64,000 nt of DNA from Octopus bimaculoides (lineage: Eukaryota), in assembly GCF_001194135.2 (NCBI RefSeq), contig NC_068987.1:72843288-72907287 (forward strand). The letters are read 5' to 3'. The translations under genes were made by a program, and so were the position numbers. Every line of letters begins with the position of its first letter. The stretch's first letter is position 1. The notes below the pieces were generated by a model, which saw only the letters and a program-made list of their open reading frames with translations, searched no databases and was not told the DNA's origin. Positions 37,671-49,401 of this stretch are shown piece by piece.

Positions 37671-37924
37671 CTAAAGACAATAGAAAAAATACATTTAATA
37701 TATGCTTTTTATTCCCCATATATATATAGGGTGCAGTGAATATGTTGTTGTCTAAATTACGCAAAAATGAAAAGCCGCTTGGCAAAGACTGACCTTGAAC
37801 TCTGTTTGTAAAATATATATCAAAGCAAAGTAGATAAGTAAATGATAAGAGATTTGTGTTTTATCCACTAAATGTGGCAAGTGTAAAATATACACATATT
37901 ATCAAAGCAAAGTAGATAACTTAC

Positions 37925-38082
37925 TTGAAAGGAGTAGTCAGAGTAATCTCCCCTGAAGGAGATTTCTTGACAAGTGGAATATCTTCTTGAGGTTGCGCAC
38001 TTCGAGGACGGAACCTGCAGCCAGTTGTGAAAGGGATAAGAATATAATGCCCAGCAGATAAATCACAGCGAACACAAAATCT
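37925..38082 (-). CDS. EFCAB7: EFCAB7 coding exon 10: RFCVRCDLSAGHYILIPFTTGCRFRPRSAQPQEDIPLVKKSPSGEITLTTPF(K)
   Basis: actttcAG / GTAAGT, phase 0-2; matches recalled GIYWLIPSTTGCRL...GELFLTKEFK. Confidence 0.93.
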
Positions 38083-38253
38083 CTGAAAGTAAAATGATGA
38101 GTGACTCAGCAGGACACAGAAATACCAATGAAATAGCATAACTAAGAAAACCATAAAATCATTGAACATCACATTTTATACACACACGCACACGCACACA
38201 CAAGTATGGTGATGTAAACAGGATAAAGAGAACTCTGTATATATGAGTATATA

Positions 38254-38437
38254 CAGAGTCTGCCATAAAAATGTACACACACTTCAAGAAAGGAAAAAAT
38301 CTGTATAAATATTTTTATTCAGTGTTATTGCAATTTGATAGAACACCAAAAGAGGTGTTTATATTTATAGAGATACTTAAAGAAGTTAAATATTTTTTCC
38401 TTTCTTGAAGTGTGTACACATTTTTTGGTGGACTCTA
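38254..38437. mobile_element. Tc1/mariner-type MITE with ~48-bp TIRs
   Basis: TA|CAGAGTCTGCCATAAAAATGTACACACACTTCAAGAAAGGAAAAAAT and its reverse complement at the right end, followed by TA. Confidence 0.85.
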
Positions 38438-39083
38438 TATATTTTTAGTAATATTTAGCAGAAGCACTGGACTGACTCAAGAGCTGAGAGTTTTGTGCCC
38501 TGGTACTTATAGTCCCCATTGAAGACATGTGAGATATGAAAGGTCAATTGGGTAAGGAATGGTTATCTTCATCACCAATGTTAGAAATGAGTAAAGGAAA
38601 TAGTGGGAATTTTTGAAGAAACACATTTTGCACACTGAACTTAAGTGAGCTGCTCAAAAGCCCACCACTGGTGTAGTGAACAGGGGATGTCTCATCTGCT
38701 GTAGCTTCAGATGTATGTCAATCAATAGCTGGACTCATTAGTCACCAGCAGAGTTGCATGTGTAAAATATAATTTTCTCTGTGTGCACAGTTTTCTTAAA
38801 GGTCAGTGATGATCTTCTCTGGTCAGGAGTGAAATGTCACCATCATGTATATGTGTGTGTGAGTCAAAAGTAACGTTCAATTCCTGTTTTAGGGTTGATA
38901 TGTATGACTTCCCAATTGGGAGATACTTTTGACTCCTAATTCTTGTTTTATGGGTTGGGATATCAAAGAGTATTAACAACATGATACATGATCCTCATGA
39001 TACATTCTCTCTGATGCATAGTTTCATGAAACATTGGACAAAATTGAGGCTGCAGTCTAAATATGCAACATGTTAGAACTTAC

Positions 39084-39178
39084 TCCAGATTTTGTCTTCA
39101 TCTCACTGAGTGCAAGAAAGCCTTTGGTTCCATCTGGTTTATATTTGAAAATGCAGAGCATTGTATCAATTTGAGGGT
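39084..39178 (-). CDS. EFCAB7: EFCAB7 coding exon 9: (D)PQIDTMLCIFKYKPDGTKGFLALSEMKTKSG
   Basis: tttttcAG / GTAAGT, phase 1-0; aligns to recalled VDTALYILK...VCFTELR. Confidence 0.85.
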
Positions 39179-39729
39179 CTGAAAAAGAATATTAATCCTG
39201 TATTTAAAACAACAGATATAATTTCATTGCTAAGCTTATTTTAGAAGTGACCACAGTGTTAGAACACTGCATAGATTCTGAATATGGTCCCCAGTATTTA
39301 TACATGACTTGCTAGAAATATCAGCCAAATCTACTTTCCTATGTGAGAGCTGTGCAAGCTATGTACAAATATACCTTCAGTAAAATGAGAGTTAGTAATG
39401 ATTTCCACGAGGAAATTATTCTGCAGGTAGGTGTTCATCATGGCTCAATTATTAGCCACTCTCTTCAGTACATTATAGCTTGTTAATGCTCTAGTTCTGT
39501 GAGGTAGATGAACTACACTTTTTTTACCCTACAACATTAAGCTGATTTATAACTATTTATAATTAAGTTTACGACTATTTGATCAAAGCTGAGCTAGGAT
39601 TAAACAGCCATGACAATAACATCAATGAGGGCCAAATTTCCACAATCCTATCCTGTGCCAATGCCAAAAATTGAACAAGAAACTAATGGTAATGCCACAA
39701 AAATGTGTGAATATTAGATGTCAACATAC

Positions 39730-39877
39730 CTTCCCTTGAGAGATTTTCTGGTCCAAACACTGGGTGTATTGTGAACCATACATTGGTGAAATTAGGCAGA
39801 CTCAGCTTAAAGTGGTGACTTGAAATTTCTGTATTTTCCAAGAAGAAACAGCCACAGCTCTTCAGATGAGTCCAAAG
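39730..39877 (-). CDS. EFCAB7: EFCAB7 coding exon 8: LWTHLKSCGCFFLENTEISSHHFKLSLPNFTNVWFTIHPVFGPENLSRE
   Basis: ttttcAG / GTATGT, phase 0-1; matches recalled DWQHMQSKGCFFLEEDGEIISHQY. Confidence 0.92.
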
Positions 39878-40883
39878 CTGAAAAGATTCAGAAAAAGAAG
39901 CAGATTAATTGTTCTAATGAAATTACTTTTGGATTATATGTAAGTATGAGATAACTTCCTGTTTAATTCAACAGTATTCTAACCTTTTTGTTACCATATT
40001 TCTGTAGAAATACACTGCTTTTGTTTGAGTACATTTGTTAATGAAAAATTTAGTGCAATAACTTAGTCTTTGTGAGGCTGATGTTTGCAATGAAATATTG
40101 GTTTTTAAATTTAGCAGGACAGATTAAATATAGTACATCATCCCCAGTGTTCATCTGGTACTTATTTTATCAATCCAGAAAGCATGAAAAGCAAAGTTTA
40201 CTTCAATGGAATTTGAACTCAAAACATAAATGACAGATGAATTGCTTCCTAAGAATTTTGCCCAGCACTCTAATGATTCTGCCAGCTCATCACCTTAATT
40301 AGCATGAAATATTGATGAGAGGTTTTAATTTAGATCAGTTTAAAATAGGTCAAATTTTTTGCTTAACCTGAATATAAGTGAGAGCTGTCTGAACTGGCAG
40401 ACAACTGTATTGTTAAGAAGTTCACTTCACAAGCATGAGATTCCAGGTTCAATCTCATCCTTGGTGGAATTTGAACTCAGAAAATAAAGATGGATGAAAT
40501 GCCGCTAATCATTTAGTCTTAGTCCAGCATACTAATGATTTTGATGAGGATGATGTTGTTGTTGTTGTTGTTGATGATGATGATCCTTTCTACTGAAGGC
40601 ACAAGGCCTGGGAGAAGGGATTAAGTTGATTACATCAACCCCAGTGTGTAACTGGTACTTATTTAATCGACCCCCGCTCCCAAAATTTAAACTCCAGTAC
40701 ACAGCAACGGGCGAAATACCAATAAGCATTTCGTCCAGCATGTTAATGATTTTGCCAGCTCACCACTTTAATAATAAGGATAATGGTTTAAAATTTTGCC
40801 ACAAAGGTAGCAATTTTGGGGGAGGGGACGAGTCAATTAATAATAATAATAATAATAATAATTAATAAATACTTAAATCTTAC

Positions 40884-40978
40884 TTCGATGGTTTTTGGAT
40901 CAGAAACATTAGAGGCTTCTACTGCAGCTGGTAATGTTTTAGTCTTTCTTTCTAATTGCAACTGATCAGCAGATTTAT
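40884..40978 (-). CDS. EFCAB7: EFCAB7 coding exon 7: (N)KSADQLQLERKTKTLPAAVEASNVSDPKTIE
   Basis: actttAG / GTAAGA, phase 1-0 fits both neighbours; DPKTIE|LW corresponds to recalled EPNLIK|DW. Confidence 0.75.
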
Positions 40979-41133
40979 CTAAAGTTAATGGAAAGAAATG
41001 AGAGATTAGTCAACACTAGGGAATTTTACACTGCAAAAACTTGATTTTTCACTCTGTTAATTTAGAAATCCATTATTTACTAGTGATTAAGTTTAGGGTG
41101 TCTTGGTTTAGCTCACCAACTTCAAGAATGTAG

Positions 41134-41211
41134 TCTTTGAGCTGTTAGTGCCTTTGGTGCCTTTGAGCTGTTAGTGCCTTTGGTGCCTTTGAGCTGTTAG
41201 TGCCTTTGGTG
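41134..41211. repeat. Three near-perfect tandem copies of a 26-bp unit (CCTTTGAGCTGTTAGTGCCTTTGGTG)
   Basis: Direct reading; lies just upstream of a decayed RTE 3' fragment (~41260-41610). Confidence 0.9.
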
Positions 41212-42416
41212 ACAAAGTACAAAGAAATGCATTACAGGTCCACAAATACACAGAAAAATGAAGCCGTAGAACTCATGCTTACATATGGTTGTGCGACCTG
41301 GAACATCTAGAAACAAGTACAAATGTTGCAGAGAGGTGGGTCTTTAGGAGAATACTGAAGTTGTTCTGTGAAGGTAGAGTGGCAAACATTGAGGTTTGAC
41401 AAGCGAAAACCACCAGAGAGCTTTTCAACAACATAAAGTGACAACAGAGTCAGTTCATTGGACACCATTAGAGAAGAGAATGCCTTGAGCTTTTGGTGGC
41501 AACCAGGGAAGTGAAAGGAAGAAGCCAAGGAAGACAGAGAGAGAAAATACTTGACGATTTTAACAGCTGACTTCAGAAAGACCAGTCATATAATATACTA
41601 TGTTGTGAGGGATCATGAGGGTGTGGAGGCCCATGATCACTGTCATCTATAACCATGAAAAGAGAGAGATTTAATAATATTCTTTCAATAGTATTTGCTT
41701 TTATAAAACTCCACCCAGTAATCACCTCTGACCAACAGCAAGTAGGTTCCCTTTAACCCCTAACATGACAAATATGATCAGTCACCAATAACATAATTAT
41801 TCCAGCTTACCAGTTTACTGTAAGCTCCCCAACCATTCTAGGAATTCATACAAACCCATCAGCCTATCATATGATCTTCCTTGCTCCACTTCCTAATGCC
41901 ACACTCTTAACAACTACCTCATAATTGTTTTTAGGAGTGTCAATAAAGAAGATTTGGCTGCTTCATGGAAGCTCCTCCATGGGCTTATATATAAAAGATT
42001 AAATAATGGCTAATTACTAAATATCTGAGCTGAATTATTGTTAATCCAGTTACTGTTTTTCAAACGATTAATTTCGTTTTTAAAGATGAAAAAATTTTCA
42101 GTATTTACATCTATACAATGTTTCAAACTCTTTGAAATCTAATTGCCAACCCACATCTTATCTTATTTATGAATGAGTTCAGAGAACCAGGTGTACATCA
42201 TTAAACAATGAAATCCCCACGATAGAGAACAATTGTGGAAACTTCAAAATAATTGAAAGGATCAATATATAGATGCAATCATGGCTGTATAGATAGGGGC
42301 ATGGTTACAAAGTTTGTTTTGCTGCCATGTGAGCAAGTATCTTCGACAACTCTGGGAAGATTGGTGTCTTGTGAGTGAATTTGGTAAACATAAGCTGTGT
42401 GGAAACCTGTAATATA

Positions 42417-42633
42417 TGAGGAGGTGCTGAAAAGATCCTGGCTTTTGGTAAAAGAAAATACAGGAGGATCGGTTAATTATGATTTTATTCAACATGTTCC
42501 CCTCTCAGATTCACATACTTATTGCAGTGGTCCTTCAGTTTTTATAAGCCCTGTAAAAGAACTGAGAAGGTTGGCCCTCCAACCAAGCCTTTCATGATAC
42601 CCTTAAAGCCAGGAACTTTTCAGTACCCCCTCA
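42417..42633. mobile_element. mariner-type MITE
   Basis: TA|TGAGGAGGTGCTGAAAAGATCCTGGCTT ... AAGCCAGGAACTTTTCAGTACCCCCTCA|TA. Confidence 0.85.
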
Positions 42634-42722
42634 TATGTATGTATATGTACACACACACACATATATGTATGTGTCTTTCTACTTGTGTTTGTATGCCCTC
42701 ATTTGCCACATGTATATATATA

Positions 42723-42799
<77 letters not shown>

Positions 42800-42999
42800 G
42801 ATGGACTGTCATCTACTAAACTCACTCACAGAGCATTGGTCAGTTCAGGAATCTAATACCACACATTCAGCCAAGGTGCTGTACTGTGGGACTGAACCTC
42901 AAACCACATAGTTGCAAATTGACAAACCTAACTACACTGCCATGCCTGATTACAAAAGAGCTAAAAAGAGAATGTGATTAAAAGAAATAGAACTCTTAC

Positions 43000-43203
43000 T
43001 CGAGGAATCTCTCTTGATTTCAGTGGCTTCAGTTGAAGAAGTGGTGGGTATGACAATATCATCATCATCATCATCATCATTATCATCATCATCGTTGATG
43101 ATTATTGACTCCTCAATAACATCGTTGTCAAATGAAATGTTTTCATTTTGGTTTCTGATTTCAACAATTTTCTCTGGAGATGATGTTGAGTCAGAGTGAG
43201 AAG
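43000..43203 (-). CDS. EFCAB7: Putative EFCAB7 coding exon 6, acidic low-complexity linker (SHSDSTSSPEKIVE...DDDDNDDDDDDD...KRDSS)
   Basis: Long pyrimidine tract ending ttctgtAG, donor GTAAGA, 204 bp, phase 1-1, open frame. No sequence homology recognised. Confidence 0.65.
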
Positions 43204-43984
43204 CTACAGAATAACAAGTGAAGAAAAAGTAGTGGGTGGACAGCTGGTAAATTAAGTTGACTGTTTGGTTTAGTACCTTGAGAGTTTTTATTTTGCTCTG
43301 GAATCCCATCACTACCATCTTTGCTTTCTTGTCAGCTACATAATGTAGGGTAGCCATGTATCTCCTCTATAGAAGGATACGTGTGCTAGTGCTAGCCCCT
43401 CTGGCATATTTTAGCCTCTCTACACTTGGTATAAGGCCAAATCCTCCTCCCAGATACTCCCCACCCACTTAGTTGATGGGTGGGGGTGAGGTTTCTAGAG
43501 CTTTTTTCTGTTTTGCAAATTACTTGGTGACTTCACTAATGTCAGTGGCATGATAAAAGTATGATGAAGGTAAAGAATGCGCACAACCGGTGTATAGGAT
43601 TAGGGTTAGGGTTAGGTAGGAATAATGCTGCTGATGATGATGATGATTACTTTACAATGATACAGTCTATTTTGCTGATGACATTGATGATGATGATGAT
43701 TACTTTACAATGATACAGTCTATTTTGCTGAGAAGAGGCACCAACAATGGTCAATCTTACTGCAGATAGCCTTCACGAGTTGATGATAATGCCAACATGA
43801 GCATCCTTGTCTAGGACTTCTAGACAGCTGCTGAGGATGTAAACTAGAGTTCTCCCCTCTCACTTATAATGTCATATTTCTGACACCTCCATCCCTATCT
43901 CAAAAAAATTTAAAAAAAAAAAAAATTAAATAAAAATGTATTATCCAATGAAATTTAGATAGAAATAACAAGAATTTTGCACAA

Positions 43985-44000
43985 GTAAATCCAGACATAG

Positions 44001-44060
<60 letters not shown>

Positions 44061-44129
44061 TACAGAAAATTGCACTACTGGGTACTGCACACATCCTACG
44101 CAAAACACTTTCAATACAGTAACCATAAG
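43985..44129 (+). mobile_element. R4/Dong-type LINE ORF C-terminus beside a (TAA)n tract
   Basis: IQKIALLGTAHILRKTLSIQ* after (AAT)n; the 3' UTR and (AAT)n tail continue at 45110-45260 beyond the gap. Confidence 0.75.
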
Positions 44130-45537
44130 NNNNNNNNNNNNNNNNNNNNNNNNNNNNNNNNNNNNNNNNNNNNNNNNNNNNNNNNNNNNNNNNNNNNNNN
44201 NNNNNNNNNNNNNNNNNNNNNNNNNNNNNNNNNNNNNNNNNNNNNNNNNNNNNNNNNNNNNNNNNNNNNNNNNNNNNNNNNNNNNNNNNNNNNNNNNNNN
44301 NNNNNNNNNNNNNNNNNNNNNNNNNNNNNNNNNNNNNNNNNNNNNNNNNNNNNNNNNNNNNNNNNNNNNNNNNNNNNNNNNNNNNNNNNNNNNNNNNNNN
44401 NNNNNNNNNNNNNNNNNNNNNNNNNNNNNNNNNNNNNNNNNNNNNNNNNNNNNNNNNNNNNNNNNNNNNNNNNNNNNNNNNNNNNNNNNNNNNNNNNNNN
44501 NNNNNNNNNNNNNNNNNNNNNNNNNNNNNNNNNNNNNNNNNNNNNNNNNNNNNNNNNNNNNNNNNNNNNNNNNNNNNNNNNNNNNNNNNNNNNNNNNNNN
44601 NNNNNNNNNNNNNNNNNNNNNNNNNNNNNNNNNNNNNNNNNNNNNNNNNNNNNNNNNNNNNNNNNNNNNNNNNNNNNNNNNNNNNNNNNNNNNNNNNNNN
44701 NNNNNNNNNNNNNNNNNNNNNNNNNNNNNNNNNNNNNNNNNNNNNNNNNNNNNNNNNNNNNNNNNNNNNNNNNNNNNNNNNNNNNNNNNNNNNNNNNNNN
44801 NNNNNNNNNNNNNNNNNNNNNNNNNNNNNNNNNNNNNNNNNNNNNNNNNNNNNNNNNNNNNNNNNNNNNNNNNNNNNNNNNNNNNNNNNNNNNNNNNNNN
44901 NNNNNNNNNNNNNNNNNNNNNNNNNNNNNNNNNNNNNNNNNNNNNNNNNNNNNNNNNNNNNNNNNNNNNNNNNNNNNNNNNNNNNNNNNNNNNNNNNNNN
45001 NNNNNNNNNNNNNNNNNNNNNNNNNNNNNNNNNNNNNNNNNNNNNNNNNNNNNNNNNNNNNNNNNNNNCCAACTTGTACAAATGCAAAACAAAAGTCAAA
45101 CATAAAATAATAATAATAATACGCAAAACACTTTCAACACAGTAACCATAAGAGCATCACAGCAAACCACAGCACATACCCAAGGTGCACAGAGCTGCGC
45201 TCAGTAGTGAAGTGAGAGCATGCTATAAAAATAAAACTACTGAATAATAATAATAATAATGATGATTTCAAATTTTTGCCACAAGGGCAGCTTGTGAGAG
45301 GGGATTAGGTCGATTACATTGATCCCCAGTGCGTAACTGGTACTTATTTAATTGATCTCGAAAGGATGAAAGGTAAAGGCGACCTTGGTGGAATTTGAAC
45401 TCAGAATGTAATGATGGACGAAATACTGCTAAGCATATCACCAGGCATGCTAACGATTCTGCCAGCTCACCACCTTAATAATAATGATAATAATAATAAT
45501 AATAACAATAATAATAATAATAATGACAATAATAACA

Positions 45538-45880
45538 AGAGCACTCAGATAGTGCAAACCTCTGCCAAGGCAACACCAATGTCCTCTCAATGATAAGCCA
45601 GAGGTGATTTTTAAAACGAGAATATCTGAAATAAACTCGACTGCTCTCACAAATGAGAATACTAAAAGTGAACCCAACCACTCTCAAATATTAAGTAAAA
45701 AAAACAGGGAAAATAATCCAGAATCCTTGTCTGGTATCAGATCAATCCCAAAATCTAATCAATTTGTGCCAGTCACGAGGCCAAACATCCCTGAAAGTTT
45801 CATCCGAATCCATTCAGCAGTTCTTGAGATATCTTGTCCACGGACAGACAAACAAACAAACAAATATGACTGAAGACGAC
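45538..45880 (+). mobile_element. Helentron-associated (HINE/DINE-like) non-autonomous element, 3' end missing
   Basis: GCACTCAGA..GCAAACCTCTGCCAAGG head, CCAAAATCTAATCA...TTTCATCCGAATCC...GAGATATC core, then a GACA/AAAC microsatellite; resembles recalled fish and mollusc HINEs. Confidence 0.5.
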
Positions 45881-46347
45881 AGACAAACAACAACAACGAC
45901 GACGAGGAGGAAGAGGAGGAGGAGGAAGAGAAGGAGGAGGAGGAGCAGAAGAAGAAGANNNNNNNNNNNNNNNNNNNNNNNNNNNNNNNNNNNNNNNNNN
46001 NNNNNNNNNNNNNNNNNNNNNNNNNNNNNNNNNNNNNNNNNNNNNNNNNNNNNNNNNNNNNNNNNNNNNNNNNNNNNNNNNNNNNNNNNNNNNNNNNNNN
46101 NNNNNNNNNNNNNNNNNNNNNNNNNNNNNNNNNNNNNNNNNNNNNNNNNNNNNNNNNNNNNNNNNNNNNNNNNNNNNNNNNNNNNNNNNNNNNNNNNNNN
46201 NNNNNNNNNNNNNNNNNNNNNNNNNNNNNNNNNNNNNNNNNNNNNNNNNNNNNNNNNNNNNNNNNNNNNNNNNNNNNNNNNNNNNNNNNNNNNNNNNNNN
46301 NNNNNNNNNNNNNNNNNNNNNNNNNNNNNNNNNNNNNNNNNNNNNNN

Positions 46348-46374
46348 AATAGTTTCTTCCATTGTTTTGCTAAA
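46348..46374 (-). CDS. EFCAB7: EFCAB7 coding exon 5, visible 5' part (FSKTMEETI...), running into N gap 45959-46347
   Basis: Long pyrimidine tract ending tttcatAG, phase 0; position matches recalled FCKLYMTT after the DYKK exon. Confidence 0.7.
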
Positions 46375-46468
46375 CTATGAAATGGTAAAGAAGAAAGAAA
46401 AAAGTACAGTGGTAAACAATGATGACATTTCAGCATATACTTTCTTACCAAACTGAAGTTTGTACATA

Positions 46469-48091
46469 CACTGGTCAAAATAAGTTAATGACAGTTCTAT
46501 TCATTCATTAATTTATTTTTAACAAAACTGTATAAGATAATTTATGTAGAATTTTTTTCTCTTTCGAATGATATAGGCTTTATATATCTTTCTGCAATTT
46601 GAATAATATTAATGCGCAATTAATTCAAATGATTAAAAATTGTCGGCAAAATAAGTTTAAGACCGTACCGACATTATTTTGTTTAAGACTGTACCAAGAT
46701 TATACAAATTAATAAACCAAATGGGTGGTCATATGGCTGGTTGTACTGCACTGTTTTGTTTAATAATTGAGCATTGTTACATATTAATTCACTATGGGAA
46801 AGCGTCATAGTATCAGCCCAGTTACTAGATCAAAGATCGTATTGCTTCATCAGCAAAATGTGTCTTTCATGAATATAGCAAGCAATTAGGATGCAGCAAA
46901 ACGGCTCATGTTCAAGTCTGGAAGCTTTACCAAGCCACTGGCCAATACAAAGTTCAGCAAAGAATAGGCGCTCTGAGAAAAACAACAGTATAGATAGATC
47001 AGTAAATTCATAGCCTCTCTGAAAATAACCGAATCCTAACAGCAGTGGACATTTGCAAGCAATTATCTGATGAGACTGACATCAGCTTTACACCACAAAC
47101 TGCCAGAAACCATCTAAAAGAATTTGGACTGTTCAGCCAGATTGCTCAAAAGAAGCTCATGATTTCTGAGATGAACCGGCGGCAGCGGAACAAGTTTGCT
47201 AAAAGCCATATTGAATGGACAGCTGAAGACTGGTCAAAAGTTCTCTGGAACAATGAATCTCGCTTTTGCATCTTTGGATCAGATGGAAAGACTTATGTTA
47301 GACACCATCCAACAGAAGAATTCCACCCTAAGTGTGTCAAGAAAACAGCACAAGTGGAAGGGTTAGGGTAATGGTGTGGGTTATATTCAGCAACTTAGGT
47401 GTTGGTCCAATTGTTAGGGCTGATGGCAGACTGAACAGTGTAGGCTATCTGCAATTAGTAAATGAAAATGTGCTGCCATATTTAAATAATCAGATACCAC
47501 CGGGGTCTATTTTCCAGCAGGACAATTGCCCTGTTCATAAGGCAAGGAAAGTTTTGCAATAATATGGTGGTTATTGAGTGGCCTCCACAGAGCCCAGATT
47601 TAAATCTGATAGAAAATTTATGGAATTATGTTTGTAAAAGAGCTTTTGCTAAAAAAATCCCCAACAAATTTGTCCTAATTATATAACTTTATTAAAGAAA
47701 TATGGCAGAACATTCGAAGCAATTTTTGTGCTCATTTGTCGAACTCCATATCCCACCGTTGTAAGGCCACAATTGAAAATAATGGCTATGGAACTAGATA
47801 CTAATAATAAATTTTTGTTCGTTGATCATTTGTGCTATAAATTTTCAATTTAAACAAAATAATGTTGGTACAGTTTTAAACTTATTTTGCTGACAATTTT
47901 TAATCATTTGAATTAAATGCGCATTAAAATTATTCAAATTGTAGAAAGATATATAATGCCTGTATTATTCAAAAGAGAAAAAAATCCTACATAAACTGTA
48001 AAAAGTAAAATAATTTTATACAGTTTTGTTAAAAATAAATTAATGAAGGAATAGAACTGTCATCATTGGTCTTAAACTTATTTAACTGGTG
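46469..48091 (+). mobile_element. Tc1 (DD34E-type) transposon with ~220-240-bp IR/DR-type TIRs, decayed
   Basis: TA|CACTGGTCAAAATAAGTT ... AACTTATTTAACTGGTG|TA. WSKVLWN(D)ESRF, VMVW..FS..GVGPI, FQQDNCPVH, WPPQSPDLNLIENLW. Confidence 0.9.
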
Positions 48092-48893
48092 TATGTTAGA
48101 AATCAGTATTTACATTTCAGTTAATTTGGTCTCTGATTCTGACTCACACCAAATGTTTTATGTCTGTGTGTAGTAGTAGATCAAATCTGAAGTTTTATTT
48201 CTAAAATACCAGTCTAATACTACACATGCAAACACACACACACACACACACACATTCATGTATATATGTAGCTCCTCTCCAGCAAGAAACCTGTTCTGCT
48301 CTGGCCCTTCTCTCATGTTCCCACCCCTCAGCTAGCATAAAGCTGTTGCTTTAGGATTCAGGATCTTACAGGCTGCAGTGTGAACTCATTAGTACTGGTA
48401 TAACAAAAACAAAAAAGCACCCAGTACATATTGTAAAGTGGTTGGTGTTAGGAAGGGCATCTAGCTATAGAGACGATGCCAAAGTAGACGCTGGAGTATG
48501 ATGCAGCCCTTGGACACTTTGGATTCTTTCAAACCATTCAGCCCAAGCCAGCTTGATATATGGACGTTAAATGACAATGATGATGATGATGATGATGATG
48601 ATATATATATATATATATATGCCAGTGAAATGTAAAAGACATATGTTAGTGACATGTAAAAGGGCACCCATGCCAGTGACATGTAGAAGACACCCAGTAT
48701 ACTCTGTAAAGTGGTTGGCATTAGGAAGGGCATCCAGATATAGAAACCAAGCCAAAACAGATGACTGAAGCCTAGTGCAGCTCCCAGTTTTACCAGCTCC
48801 AGTCAAACCATCTAACCCATGCAAGCATGGAAAATGGATGTTAAATTATGACGATGATGATGATGACATACATACATATTGTATATGTATGTG

Positions 48894-48924
<31 letters not shown>

Positions 48925-48929
48925 ATATA

Positions 48930-49135
48930 CAGTAGTCCCTCACCATATCATGGTTCACCTATCGTGCACTCAGTACATCACAGATTTTTCAGGCTAATAT
49001 ATGTAAATTTATATCGCGAACTCTTCAGTATATCACAGGTTTCTGCAGCTGATAGGTATTTATATTTTTTTAGATTTTAACTATTTCTGTGGGAGGTTTT
49101 GGAACATAACACCCACAATAGTTGAGGGATTAATG
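48930..49135. mobile_element. pogo/Tigger-type MITE (sibling of 10489-10706)
   Basis: TA|CAGTAGTCCCTC...GAGGGATTAATG|TA. Confidence 0.75.
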
Positions 49136-49401
49136 TATATACATACAGATATAAATACAACACCTGCTAATGATGAGAGACCAATGAAACCAAATGAGAT
49201 ATAGTGTAAATGTAAATATTAAGCATTTCATCACTAAATGCAAGGTTAAAAGTCAGGAAAGTAAAACTGTATTATTATAGTAGTTCTGTTTCTTATAGTT
49301 GTATCAGTGTAATTCCTCATGGCACCTAATAATACTAAGGTGTATTGATCCCCTCGGAGTTCTTTGCTAACAATGCAACACAGCAATGGTGCATAATGTA
49401 A

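Noticed and set aside
41134-41211. 26-bp direct repeats resembling a CRISPR array
   Set aside because: No spacers, eukaryotic context, no cas genes; it is a simple tandem triplication.
43598-43620. TTAGGG repeats
   Set aside because: Only 2-3 units, too short to call an interstitial telomere.
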